DNA from: a virus
Lineage: Duplodnaviria; Caudoviricetes
IMG/VR virus record: IMGVR_UViG_3300022876_000002
Length of the DNA stretch: 64,000 nucleotides
Strand: one strand, 5' to 3'
The notes below the pieces were generated by a model, which was not told the DNA's origin, made no database searches, and saw only the letters and a program-made list of their open reading frames with translations. Shown in pieces: positions 1 to 9,609 of this stretch. Numbering within the stretch: the first letter of the stretch is position 1; each line of letters starts with the position of its first letter. The translations under genes and the position numbers were made by a program.

Positions 1-1
1 T

Positions 2-631
2 GATCTTGGTGTTGTTGGTATCCCGCAGGGCATACAGCTGGTCAAAGAAGACTTTAACAGCAGGGCTGATCTCACCAACGTCACCTAAGTCGCGCAGGTT
101 AACGTTGTTGGTCATATGCTTGAAAAACCCGGTCATCTCAAACCAGTCACCGATCTCGGTACGTACCGAGTGCAAGTGACGGCTAGCAGGGTACCCATCA
201 GGCAGACCGATGATTTGCGACCAGTCCCATTTGCGACCAGGCATCGACGTCTGCGCTAACAGTTCCTTCAAGCCATTACGAATTACAAAATACGCACCTA
301 CCGATTGGTAAGTTACAAAGACTTTCTTGTTGGCTTCCAGAATTGCATCGGATAACCGGATGAAACACATGATAGGACGTCCAGAGACGACCACTAAGGG
401 CATGAACTCTTCTTCGATGAAGTAGTCCCGGTCCCGTTTTAATTCGCCACCATCCTCGTTATAGACGATGGTAAGGGGTTGTTGTGCCCCGGTGGGGTAA
501 TCCCCAAAGAACGGCGACCCGTTAGGAATAACCCAAGGGCAGCCGTCTTCAATCGTAATCTCTTCTTTTACTACTTTGTTAGCCGGGTTAGTCCCCCGGA
601 TATCGAAGGTATTGATCAGCTTAATATCCAC
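2..631 (-). CDS. Tail/baseplate-fibre structural protein, 5' part (runs off the left edge; absent from the ORF track); paralog of the 254-aa and 1186-aa genes
   Basis: Hand translation from GTG at 631: MDIKLINTFDIRGTNPANKVVKEKITIEDGCPWVIPNGSPFFGD...LKRDRDYFIEEEF...YQSVGAYF...WDWSQIIGLPDGYPASRHLHS..., open to the window edge; same motif order as the N-termini of the two neighbouring genes. Confidence 0.8.
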   Translation of the reverse strand, partial: MDIKLINTFDIRGTNPANKVVKEEITIEDGCPWVIPNGSPFFGDYPTGAQQPLTIVYNEDGGELKRDRDYFIEEEFMPLVVVSGRPIMCFIRLSDAILEANKKVFVTYQSVGAYFVIRNGLKELLAQTSMPGRKWDWSQIIGLPDGYPASRHLHSVRTEIGDWFEMTGFFKHMTNNVNLRDLGDVGEISPAVKVFFDQLYALRDTNNTKI

Positions 632-651
632 TTTTGCACCTTAGAGGTTAA

Positions 652-681
652 TAGGAGGAAAGGGTATCCCCCTTCCTCCTA
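652..681 (-). terminator. Intergenic stem-loop (terminator or mRNA-stabilising hairpin)
   Basis: 13-bp stem with one G-U pair on the minus strand, GAUA loop; no U-tract. Confidence 0.45.
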
Positions 682-687
682 GGGTGG

Positions 688-3600
688 TTAAGGGATAAGT
701 TCGTTATCTCGAATCCATGGCAGCTGACCTTCTTTGCTAGCAAGACCAGAAGTCGCAGGGATAGCACCACCACGTTTGATTTCAGATACGCGGTTGCCGT
801 TGATGGCGAATACGTTGAAACGTTCAATCTCAATGATCTGCGTAGCGTTGGTGGTTACCTTGGCTACCCAAACTTGGAACGGCGATTCAAGTCGCTGGTC
901 CTGAGCAATCACGTAGGTGGCTTTACCGTCTTCCACCATTGCGTAGATATAGAACGTCTTGTTACCAGGTGATGGATCAATTGTCCGAAGGTCAACCGAG
1001 CCCACCGGGAACGTATACGGGATACCGTTGAACACCGCCTGAATTTCAGTCTGGAAATACAGGAACCAACCGGACTGTGGGTAAACCGAACCCAGCAGGT
1101 AGTTAATACCATTCCCGTTGTAAGACTCGAAGATCGTAGCAGCACCACCGGTAGTTGTGATGTGCGGATAAGCTTGCACCACACCGCCGTCAGGAACAAC
1201 TGCTTGGTGGTTACCACCACCAGACTGACCGATGATGTAACCAATTACGTCACCAGGTGTTGCAGACCAACGCTTACTGGCACGATCGGTGTATTTAAAG
1301 AGGAACTTAACTACCAACGCGTCACCGATACCTGCTGCCTGGATACCTGCGTCTACATAACCATGTACGGTATTACCGTCTACGTAATAACCTACACGCA
1401 TGGCACCATGGGTGCCGTTTGGTTGGTTACCGCCTAGTGCCACATCCCACTTAGTAGGAGTGAGATCAGCGGCTACGTTGTCGATACCTTCACCATAATG
1501 GATTTTGTCCAACACGGTGTAGTTAGTGACAGTCTTGTCCGTACCACCGGAGTAGGTAGGGGCAATAGACATCAGGGTGGTGCGTCGTTGGGTGGTCCCG
1601 ACCTTTGCCCAACTGATTACCACAAACACTGGTAACCAACCGAACTTGGTAGTAAGTGGTCCACCGGTAGGATCGCATACCTGCACGATAACGGTAGGAC
1701 AAATTGCAAGGCCTGCTGGATCAGCCACCTCGTTCTTAAAGCGATCAACGATTGCTTTAGGGTAGAGGATGGTCCCATTAGGTACTACCGTGCATTCGAG
1801 GTTGGCCTCGTTGCGGATAGTGTGATCCACCATCAGCTTGATGTCATCCAGGTCCGCAGTGGTAGGCCATTGTCCAGGTAAAGTACCACCATTCTGCCAA
1901 CGAGTCTGTGTGGCAAAGCAGAACGTAGCCAGACCGGCATCCGTGATACCTGCCAACGAAGCAGACGGACCCGTAACTGTAGCCCCACCCATGGTAGATG
2001 GGCCACGGACTTCACGTACGTCGTTAGATAACGGCCGTGCGTAAATGTTACCCAGGTACAGGTTAGTCACGTTAGCCTGTGGCGCAAGCTTACCAGGCGA
2101 AGACCGGTAATACAAACGGTTGAAAGTCAAAGTGGCTGGGTCCGCTGCACAGAAGAAGTCACCTTTGTTACCCAGCAAGAAGGACCTTGGTTTGACCGAA
2201 GACTTCAATGGACTGACGATCTCTTCCATTTGGTCTATGTACTGTTCCAGTTCACCCATCCCAAGGTTCCAACCGCGGTTCATCATTGCCCAGCGAGATT
2301 TAGCCGCTTTAGCACGGTACATGATAAAGCCACGCGGGAACGACTGGTATGCGGCAGTAGAACAGATCAGCGTGCCGTCTTCGAGTATAACCGAACCTTG
2401 TTCTTTGTCGAGGAACACCAGGCCGAACATGGAGTTGGCCAACTCGTGATCACCGGCAGTAAAGTCTACTGGAGCGGTCTTCGGTGTTTGGCGCACTAAC
2501 GTCATGACGTTAGTGGCCGGATCAATCTCGTACACCATCTCGATCATGCAGTTAAAGGTTTGCGACAAATTGGGAATGGTGTAGTTAGCCCACCATGCCG
2601 AAGCAAACCGCAATTGGTATTTACCAGGCTTGGTCGGAATCTCACAAGCGTAAGACGGTTGTGAGCGATAACTACCAGTACTCCTAACGCCGGTAGTCTG
2701 CACGAAGGTGAAATACCATTTGCTGTACTCGTCTGGTGTGCCGCCTGGTACAGGTACCGGAGTACCCCAACGCCAGTAAGGCTGGTTGGTTACCTGAACG
2801 TTGTCACCATCCCGATAAGTGAGGTTGACCGGAGTAAACGCCACTGGGTTGGTTAACTGTACAGTTGCCTTAGGTGCACGGAAGCAATGACGGAAGTTGT
2901 TACCAGCAGGGTACGGTGCGGTTCTGTTCACATACGGTGATGCAGCAAACAGATAGATCCAGTCGCCCATGCTGACAATCGACATCTGCCCAACCCAGGA
3001 CAACAGGTTATCAGAGCCTTCTGGGAAAACGGCTTTAACCGCAGACATGTCTACTAAAGAGTAAACGTGTTTGCCAGGATCCAACGTACCGTTAGTCAGA
3101 CCCAGGAAGAACTTGCCGTTAAGCGAGTCCATTACCATGATGATCTCACTACCCGAGCCCTGAACAACACGGTCCGGGTTGCTATTCTCAGCTTTGAACT
3201 TTTGGTGTTCGTACTGGTAAGCGGAGTAGGTACGTTTTGGGTTCACATACGGGTTGGTAATGGTCGAGAAATACAGACCCTGGACACGACCGTCCATGCG
3301 GTTCTCGAGCATAACGATAGTACCGTCGGTTTCCATGCAGATGGCTGCGGATTCCGAGATACCACCCAGACCTTCAAACGAACCAGCGATCGATGGTGGA
3401 ATGAAGTTACTGTTACCAAACTGCGAGATGGGCAACTGGTTGACTGGCAACAGTTTATCCAGATCAGCCGCTTGGGTACGGATGATCGCTTTCAGCCCGG
3501 TTGGGGTCAAGTGTTTGTCGCTACGCTTGACCAGCGCGTCTTGACCACGTACAGTGCCGAAGTTATCTACCAGCGGCAGACCGATGTGACCTTTATTAAG

Positions 3601-4248
3601 GCCGTGGGCGTTGTAGGCTGCTTTGTGGGCATCCAGTTTAGCCTTGATCTCGGTCTTGTATGCGTTGAGGTAGTTGGTGAACGTATTGAAGTAGTGCGAG
3701 ATTTTCGCCTCTACTACTGTACGCCCCTGGGTCTTGGCGATGGTGAGCACACCGTCTACCAGATCCACGAAGTCTTTGAAATACATGATATCGTAGATCA
3801 GGCTGTGGCCGTGCAGCTTAGGTTTAAACCACTCTGGCTTGTTACGGATCTGATCCCACGATACCTTGTCGATATCCTGACCAACCATCTCGGCGATCAT
3901 TTGCATCAGGGACTCATCGAACAGACTGAACTCCCCGACGATATCGTAATCAATGAACCCCGACAGGACTTCGGTATTCATTACTTCAATCATGCAAGTT
4001 ACCGACGTAGCGGTAAGCTCGGTCAGTGCTGGCATGATCTTGAAAATACGCCAGTCCTTACCAGGAATCAGTTCCTGGAGGTTGGCGTTGTACAGACGCA
4101 CACTCTTGGCGAATGCTGGTGCATGCCGCGGTACCAAGATACGGCTGTAGGTACTACGCTCTAAAGTGAACGGTTCCCCTCGTTTCTGGTTATCCGGGTT
4201 TACATGCAGCAGGTCTGTTTTGTATTCGGGAACTAAGGGGAAGTTCAT
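688..4248 (-). CDS. Large tail fibre / baseplate receptor-binding-type virion protein (phiKZ gp146/gp131-like family)
   Basis: 1186 aa; shared N-terminal anchor domain (L.PGKDW..F...YD.VG.F...W..I..KP..F.P..H.H), fibre motif HNAHGLNKGHIGLPLVDN, then a long beta-rich region. Confidence 0.7.
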   Translation of the reverse strand: MNFPLVPEYKTDLLHVNPDNQKRGEPFTLERSTYSRILVPRHAPAFAKSVRLYNANLQELIPGKDWRIFKIMPALTELTATSVTCMIEVMNTEVLSGFIDYDIVGEFSLFDESLMQMIAEMVGQDIDKVSWDQIRNKPEWFKPKLHGHSLIYDIMYFKDFVDLVDGVLTIAKTQGRTVVEAKISHYFNTFTNYLNAYKTEIKAKLDAHKAAYNAHGLNKGHIGLPLVDNFGTVRGQDALVKRSDKHLTPTGLKAIIRTQAADLDKLLPVNQLPISQFGNSNFIPPSIAGSFEGLGGISESAAICMETDGTIVMLENRMDGRVQGLYFSTITNPYVNPKRTYSAYQYEHQKFKAENSNPDRVVQGSGSEIIMVMDSLNGKFFLGLTNGTLDPGKHVYSLVDMSAVKAVFPEGSDNLLSWVGQMSIVSMGDWIYLFAASPYVNRTAPYPAGNNFRHCFRAPKATVQLTNPVAFTPVNLTYRDGDNVQVTNQPYWRWGTPVPVPGGTPDEYSKWYFTFVQTTGVRSTGSYRSQPSYACEIPTKPGKYQLRFASAWWANYTIPNLSQTFNCMIEMVYEIDPATNVMTLVRQTPKTAPVDFTAGDHELANSMFGLVFLDKEQGSVILEDGTLICSTAAYQSFPRGFIMYRAKAAKSRWAMMNRGWNLGMGELEQYIDQMEEIVSPLKSSVKPRSFLLGNKGDFFCAADPATLTFNRLYYRSSPGKLAPQANVTNLYLGNIYARPLSNDVREVRGPSTMGGATVTGPSASLAGITDAGLATFCFATQTRWQNGGTLPGQWPTTADLDDIKLMVDHTIRNEANLECTVVPNGTILYPKAIVDRFKNEVADPAGLAICPTVIVQVCDPTGGPLTTKFGWLPVFVVISWAKVGTTQRRTTLMSIAPTYSGGTDKTVTNYTVLDKIHYGEGIDNVAADLTPTKWDVALGGNQPNGTHGAMRVGYYVDGNTVHGYVDAGIQAAGIGDALVVKFLFKYTDRASKRWSATPGDVIGYIIGQSGGGNHQAVVPDGGVVQAYPHITTTGGAATIFESYNGNGINYLLGSVYPQSGWFLYFQTEIQAVFNGIPYTFPVGSVDLRTIDPSPGNKTFYIYAMVEDGKATYVIAQDQRLESPFQVWVAKVTTNATQIIEIERFNVFAINGNRVSEIKRGGAIPATSGLASKEGQLPWIRDNELIP

Positions 4249-4259
4249 TAGCGAGCACC

Positions 4260-5024
4260 TTAATTCAAATCGAGAGTGGAACCGTCGTATTTACGGAAGG
4301 CTTCTTTGAGTACTTCGATGGTAACCGCAATGGTAGGACTGTTGCCTGCCAGGTCGGAGATCTTCGCTGGCATCAGGTTACCTACGTCAGACAGACCCAG
4401 GTCGGTCTTGTTAGCCGGGTGCGCTTCTGGCAGACGCTTGTTCATGTGTTCTTCCAGCAACGACAGCACACTGGAGGAGTCCTGGGTGTTGGTAAGTACC
4501 ATGATCAGGCTCTTGAACGCAGTGTACATTTCCAGCCAGTCGTAGGTCTGAGTGATTGGCTGTTGGTGTGGGTCTGCCGGGAAGTCATCTGGTACGTTAA
4601 CCAGAGCACTCCAGTCTACCGAACGTGGGGTTACCAGGACGTCACCTACCACCTTAGCAAATGCGGTATCGTCCAGAATGAATGGACCACCAATGGTGTC
4701 ATAGGAAGCCAGCAGGGCTTCGTTAGGGTAGTCCTTGAGCAGTACGATAGCGCCAAATACGTTACGGCTGTATTTCAGGATGAAACGACTGAAGTCGTGT
4801 GCAAATACGTAGTCTTGGCCAGGTACCAATGCAGTCTGGCTACCTTGGCGGCGGAGTACAAATTTCTGGCCTTGGCCAGCCAAAGGAGCGTTGGGATAGA
4901 AAGGGCCGTAACGGGGTACAAACACCTTACGGGTGTTGTCCGAAGAGGTTTTAATTACTTCATCAGTGATTCGGCAATCGATGCGTTCCTGGAAGGGGTT
5001 CCAAGGGTAAGTAATAGCAGCCAT
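4260..5024 (-). CDS. Virion tail/baseplate protein (phiKZ gp145-like), anchor-domain paralog
   Basis: 254 aa; FVPRYGPFY...LVPGQDYVF...YDTIGGPF...VDWSALVNVPDDFPADPH and HPANKTDLGLSDVGN. Confidence 0.7.
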   Translation of the reverse strand: MAAITYPWNPFQERIDCRITDEVIKTSSDNTRKVFVPRYGPFYPNAPLAGQGQKFVLRRQGSQTALVPGQDYVFAHDFSRFILKYSRNVFGAIVLLKDYPNEALLASYDTIGGPFILDDTAFAKVVGDVLVTPRSVDWSALVNVPDDFPADPHQQPITQTYDWLEMYTAFKSLIMVLTNTQDSSSVLSLLEEHMNKRLPEAHPANKTDLGLSDVGNLMPAKISDLAGNSPTIAVTIEVLKEAFRKYDGSTLDLN

Positions 5025-5132
5025 TTACAGGTCTCCCAGGGCATTTTATAGTCTACCCTATTAATAAAAGGCCACCTATACGCAGTATAGGGGCGGTCTC
5101 AGGTCATATAATTCAGAGGAGTCAGCGCCTTT

Positions 5133-6374
5133 ATGTACACTTATCAAAGGGCGGTTGGCGTTAGCCGGCGAGCACCGCAAGGTGAGGAACTCGTCGATAT
5201 CAGCGCCATGGCGTGCAATAAATTATTTACTGAGTACAGTCGTTTAATCATTGTAGTTACGGACGGCCTGGCTAACAACCGTCAAGTGGCTATTGATCTC
5301 CAGAACTATTACGTGGAAATGGGTAGCTATTCCGGTAAGATCCAACAGTGGCTCACCAGCAAAGCTACTACGGTGTTGATCACTAGCAACGTACTGCCAG
5401 GCGACCGCTACCGGTTCGTGACTACCCACGACATCCAGTATCGTTGGTTCAGCCTCAAGCCCGGTAATGCTGACATGGGCGACGGACACCAAGACTCCTT
5501 GGACACTGTAGAGGCCCCGGATATCCGTGTAGTTAAAACGGATAACAGCGACGTAGATTTCGATGCACTGGTTAACCGTGGGTTGTTCACCATCAATGGT
5601 CACTTAGTGCGTGCAGTTAAAGGTAATCGTTGTGCCTACTTGCTGAACGCTGGTAAACACTTCAACGTGTATGATAACATCCACGTCAACTACCTTAACT
5701 TCAACACTGTGTCTACCCTGAAGACTTATCCGATCACCGAGACGGATATTGACTTCAAAGAGATCAACGGTATTCCTTTCTTGCATGTGAAGTCCCCAGT
5801 CAATATGTCTGGTAAGACTTGCTTGATGTCCATTGGCGGGCGACTGTATCTGAATGATGTGGCCATGCCCACTGGTGACACTACCTTTGCGATCAACATC
5901 AACAAGGTAGACTGGTTCTCTGCTATCTTCGACTCCAAGGAGTTGATCGACCTTAGTAGTGTCATCGCTAAGGAACGCATGGTAGTGGATAAAGGGTTCT
6001 TCCGTACCAAAGAGTTTTTCACTAAGCTGTTAACTGACAAATCGTCTTTCACTATTGTCCTGGATAACCCATATCTGGACATCAGTGTTAAGCCCATGGT
6101 CAATTACCTGTACCCATTCACCTACCATACCGAGGAAACCAAGCAGTTACCGATTTTGACTGGTAACGGTTTGTTGCCTAAGTATTTCACCAGAAGGATC
6201 ATCAACCGACGACTACTAGATATCGACATAGGAGTTCAAAAGTTATACGTAAACAAAACTACCGGTATCCAGAACGGAGGGGATCTTTACCACGGCTTTA
6301 AGAGCAAGTACGCCCCCAGCCGATTACACCCTGGTTACTTGTTATATATCCGTGCCATCATCCAAGGTACCTAA
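5133..6374 (+). CDS. Putative virion structural protein
   Basis: 413 aa with GAGGAG upstream; divergent from the tail genes and co-transcribed with the spanins; resembles conserved phiKZ-like structural proteins. Confidence 0.55.
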   Translation: MYTYQRAVGVSRRAPQGEELVDISAMACNKLFTEYSRLIIVVTDGLANNRQVAIDLQNYYVEMGSYSGKIQQWLTSKATTVLITSNVLPGDRYRFVTTHDIQYRWFSLKPGNADMGDGHQDSLDTVEAPDIRVVKTDNSDVDFDALVNRGLFTINGHLVRAVKGNRCAYLLNAGKHFNVYDNIHVNYLNFNTVSTLKTYPITETDIDFKEINGIPFLHVKSPVNMSGKTCLMSIGGRLYLNDVAMPTGDTTFAININKVDWFSAIFDSKELIDLSSVIAKERMVVDKGFFRTKEFFTKLLTDKSSFTIVLDNPYLDISVKPMVNYLYPFTYHTEETKQLPILTGNGLLPKYFTRRIINRRLLDIDIGVQKLYVNKTTGIQNGGDLYHGFKSKYAPSRLHPGYLLYIRAIIQGT

Positions 6375-6376
6375 AC

Positions 6377-6931
6377 ATGGGAAAAGCAATTAAAGGATGG
6401 TTATTCCTTGATCGCGTTCGTTCCATGGTTACTTTCTTTGCGGTATTAATTGGTCTGGGTTTGCTTGCATGGCAGACCTACAGCCCCAAGCCCGTGAAGT
6501 TAGAAGCCGAGTCATTCAACGCCATCAAAGAAGCAACCGAAGCCATGCGACGGACCGCGCAGTTGTCAGAACAAATCGTTAAAGATAACGAGGTGTTTAC
6601 TGCCGGTATCAAGGAAATGATGCAAAAGCAAGCTGACTTAAGGGAGGCGAATTATGATTTCCTTATGGGGGAATACGGTACAGGCGATAAGCCGCCTAGT
6701 TATGACGGTGGGCCTCCTCCTGACTTTGGGTTGCACAAACAACCCCTCAGTCTCGGAGGGCTCCCAGTTTATCCAGATCCAGGCGGACCGGATAGAGTAC
6801 AACACGTACGCGTCCCAGTTGAAAGCGATTCAGAAACAGCTAACGGAAGTAGCACCGGAGTTTCGGGAGGTAGCTCCCCTCCCCCCTCAGTCCAGGGTGG
6901 GCGATCTGACAAGGTGGTTGGAGCAGAATAA
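6377..6931 (+). CDS. Rz: i-spanin (Rz-like)
   Basis: Single N-terminal TM helix (MVTFFAVLIGLGLLAW) followed by a helical/coiled-coil periplasmic segment; overlaps a lipoprotein gene. Confidence 0.75.
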   Translation: MGKAIKGWLFLDRVRSMVTFFAVLIGLGLLAWQTYSPKPVKLEAESFNAIKEATEAMRRTAQLSEQIVKDNEVFTAGIKEMMQKQADLREANYDFLMGEYGTGDKPPSYDGGPPPDFGLHKQPLSLGGLPVYPDPGGPDRVQHVRVPVESDSETANGSSTGVSGGSSPPPSVQGGRSDKVVGAE

Positions 6932-7136
6932 CTGTCTCCTCCCAGGTCTCTCACCTACTGAGCGGGTGTATTGCTACCAAGTGACTCGTGTATACTTGAT
7001 TCAAACCACGAAAGCACTTGATGCACAAGACACCACCGTGTGGGCTGCTAAGCGGACGATCCAGCAGCTGGTAGGTAATTTGAACAAAGTCATTGAAATG
7101 GCACCACAGCCTAACATAGACAAAGTTCCCCCCTGA
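6654..7136 (+). CDS. Rz1: o-spanin (Rz1-like outer-membrane lipoprotein)
   Basis: GGAGG at 6643-6647, 6 nt before ATG; lipobox LTLG-C27; two more Cys; overlaps the i-spanin by 278 bp in another frame. Confidence 0.8.
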   Translation: MISLWGNTVQAISRLVMTVGLLLTLGCTNNPSVSEGSQFIQIQADRIEYNTYASQLKAIQKQLTEVAPEFREVAPLPPQSRVGDLTRWLEQNNCLLPGLSPTERVYCYQVTRVYLIQTTKALDAQDTTVWAAKRTIQQLVGNLNKVIEMAPQPNIDKVPP

Positions 7137-7151
7137 TGCAGACATAAGTTA

Positions 7152-7194
7152 ATATACCCTCCAGGAGCCCTACAAAGGCTCCTGGAGGGTATAT
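7152..7194. terminator. Hairpin at the convergent spanin/holin junction
   Basis: Perfect 18-bp stem ATATACCCTCCAGGAGCC / GGCTCCTGGAGGGTATAT, 7-nt loop. Confidence 0.75.
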
Positions 7195-7201
7195 AGCTGC
7201 A

Positions 7202-7594
7202 TTACTGCCCATTGGTACTGTTATCACCGTTCTGCTTCTTATCGGTGCTGATAACGTTTGCCAGACGGTTCCGTAACTGATCAGTAAGGCCGCTTCCTTG
7301 CATGATAGTCGAAATCGTCTTGTTAGCGTTCACCCACGTCCAAGCACAGATAATCGGACCGATGTTAACAATGACCAGTGTCAGCTCGCTAGGCCATTCA
7401 CCACCGTCTTTAACCGACAGGTGTGTGGTGTACACGTTGAACACCGCAACCACACACATGGTGATAATGGAAAGGATCCCGCCCAGGTTACGCAGGGAGA
7501 TCGTCCACTTACCAAACAGTTCCCGTTCAATACCCCCATTAACAGCAGGGGACTCTTCGGGAGTTACCGGTTGCTCCTCCACTGGTTTATTCAT
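7202..7594 (-). CDS. Small two-TM membrane protein, holin/antiholin candidate
   Basis: 130 aa; hydrophobic segments LGGILSIITMCVVAVFNVY and LTLVIVNIGPIICAWTWV; adjacent to spanins; ATGA overlap with ruvC. Confidence 0.5.
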   Translation of the reverse strand: MNKPVEEQPVTPEESPAVNGGIERELFGKWTISLRNLGGILSIITMCVVAVFNVYTTHLSVKDGGEWPSELTLVIVNIGPIICAWTWVNANKTISTIMQGSGLTDQLRNRLANVISTDKKQNGDNSTNGQ

Positions 7595-8223
7595 GCATAG
7601 AACACTCCGTAGTCTTTAGCGATGATCTCACAACGGTACAGAGCAATAGCCGTGGCGTCTGACGAGTGCTCATCGATTACCTTGAGATCGAACCCTTCGG
7701 AGTCTAAGTGCTCGTATGCCATCACACCGTTGTGGACGTCTTCTTTCTCTGATTTCTTAGCCACTACACCTACCGTCTCTTTTGGAGGGATGGGTGTAAC
7801 GGTAGACACGTGGATACCACGCTCAATGAAAGGTGTTTGCAACATAGCCACAGCCTGGATTAGCTGCTTAAAGGTACCAGGGCTACGACCAAGGTAGTTA
7901 TCCTCGATAATAGCCGTGACGCACACCTTAACGAACTTACAAGCCTTGTCGATCCAATCGGTAAGGTAGGCGTCAATGATCCCACCCAGTGCACGAGCCA
8001 ACCCATAGCAGCGTGCCAATACCCCAGTACCATTAATAGTGTCGTCGTACTGTTCGGGGATGTCGTATAACACCCTGTCCCCTTTAATGGTATTTACGTA
8101 CACCAACTTGAAGGGCGTGCGCTTGGACAGATCGACGTCCATGACACACACCCCCATGTTGGTGGTAGAAGGGTCAATTGCAATGACCCTCAATACCTGG
8201 GGGACTGTTAAGTCCTTAACCAT
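7591..8223 (-). CDS. ruvC: RuvC-like Holliday junction resolvase
   Basis: IAIDPSTTNMGV (catalytic D), IIEDNY (E), KEDV, HSSDATAIAL (C-terminal D). Confidence 0.9.
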   Translation of the reverse strand: MVKDLTVPQVLRVIAIDPSTTNMGVCVMDVDLSKRTPFKLVYVNTIKGDRVLYDIPEQYDDTINGTGVLARCYGLARALGGIIDAYLTDWIDKACKFVKVCVTAIIEDNYLGRSPGTFKQLIQAVAMLQTPFIERGIHVSTVTPIPPKETVGVVAKKSEKEDVHNGVMAYEHLDSEGFDLKVIDEHSSDATAIALYRCEIIAKDYGVFYA

Positions 8224-8235
8224 AGGCAGCTCTTA

Positions 8236-9183
8236 TTAATTGCTCTGGCTACCAGCGCCGGCAGTTGCGTTAGTGTGCAGGAGCATTGGCTCGCTGGCAC
8301 CGTGGTCGTAATCCATGTTGAGCATGGTGTTGTTCAGGGCACTACGGGCGTCACGCTCAGTGATGTAGTGGGCAGCAACAGCGCTACGCACTTCAGTGTA
8401 ACGTACGACACCAGCACCGCCGGTAACACCGTCAGTAATAGTATCTACACCCCAGCACTGCATTACCTCGTTGACGGCAGCGTAGCTGGCATCGTTGTAG
8501 AGGATACGGCAGGCGTTGGCCATCTCTTGCAGGTCACCTTGGTTCAGCGAGCAACCCAGGATACCCGAGGAGTTGATGTACGTGTTCGACAGCGCCACCG
8601 AACCTTCACTGGTGAAGTCGATTGGCTGTGGATTGAACAGGTCATCCCGCACCGGTACGTGTGGGGTAGCGGTCTCGTTACCGTTCTCGTCACGCACCAC
8701 CTTGGCAACCTGTGGGTTGTAGTTGGTGAAGTCGATCAGTTTCAGGTAGTAGAACACGTAGGAGTTACCGTCGTAACCGTTCTTTACCACACGCATGCGG
8801 TACTTGGCACGGTTGACGTTGTCCAGATCTTCGTTGATCGGACGGCAGATGAACGGGATGGCCGTGAACAGGTTCATGTCGGTCGGCTGGTGCTGGTTGA
8901 TTTTCATGCGGCTTACGCCCATGTTGTCAGAACCATTGCAGTTCGCACCGCGGATACCGACGCCGAAGTATTTCAACTCGAAGTCTTTGGCCGCTTTAGC
9001 ACCGATCGATTCAGTCGCCAGGATGTTGTACAGCTCGTTGAGCGTGGTGTAACGTGGCAGGTTGAAGCTCTGGCGAGTGGCCAGACACTTCATGATGATG
9101 TTACCCCAGGCAGTGTTGGTGGTAGTCTGGGTAGGTACTTCCGACCGGTTCTGGTCTTGTACGTCGGTGTTGGACAAAGCCAT
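8236..9183 (-). CDS. Virion structural protein (baseplate/collar; phiKZ gp139-like)
   Basis: 315 aa; LKYFGVGIRG and YVFYYLKLIDF motifs; position between RuvC and the baseplate gene. Confidence 0.6.
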   Translation of the reverse strand: MALSNTDVQDQNRSEVPTQTTTNTAWGNIIMKCLATRQSFNLPRYTTLNELYNILATESIGAKAAKDFELKYFGVGIRGANCNGSDNMGVSRMKINQHQPTDMNLFTAIPFICRPINEDLDNVNRAKYRMRVVKNGYDGNSYVFYYLKLIDFTNYNPQVAKVVRDENGNETATPHVPVRDDLFNPQPIDFTSEGSVALSNTYINSSGILGCSLNQGDLQEMANACRILYNDASYAAVNEVMQCWGVDTITDGVTGGAGVVRYTEVRSAVAAHYITERDARSALNNTMLNMDYDHGASEPMLLHTNATAGAGSQSN

Positions 9184-9195
9184 TGGGTAAATTCC

Positions 9196-9609
9196 TTATA
9201 GACGGATGAGCCTAAAGCTCGTCGGTGTAAAGCGCATAGAATCTGACACCAGGACCACTGTGAGGGTCTCTTTATCAGGCACTAAATAGGCAATGTCCTC
9301 ATCCAGGACGTGGTGTCCGGAGTAGCGGGTGACCCAGTTAGCGATCATGGCTTTGTTATGGTTTACATCGTAATCGTTACGATACTGTTTTGGTATACTT
9401 AGGGTTTTGACCATGTCCAGGCAACTGAGGTCTACACGCTGGTGCTCGTAATAGACGTTGTCGCCATTAGCCTTAGACACCAAGAATACCGCGTTCCCTT
9501 TAGCGTTAGTAGCCGTGTGGGTGAACGTGGTGTTCAAAGCCTCAGTGGCATCAAGGATATGGTTGTCTTCCAAATACCGTTGTTTGATAAGTGCTAAGAC
9601 TTTATTCAT
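9196..9609 (-). CDS. Hypothetical protein (probably structural)
   Basis: 137 aa; 4-nt overlap with the upstream gene. Confidence 0.6.
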   Translation of the reverse strand: MNKVLALIKQRYLEDNHILDATEALNTTFTHTATNAKGNAVFLVSKANGDNVYYEHQRVDLSCLDMVKTLSIPKQYRNDYDVNHNKAMIANWVTRYSGHHVLDEDIAYLVPDKETLTVVLVSDSMRFTPTSFRLIRL

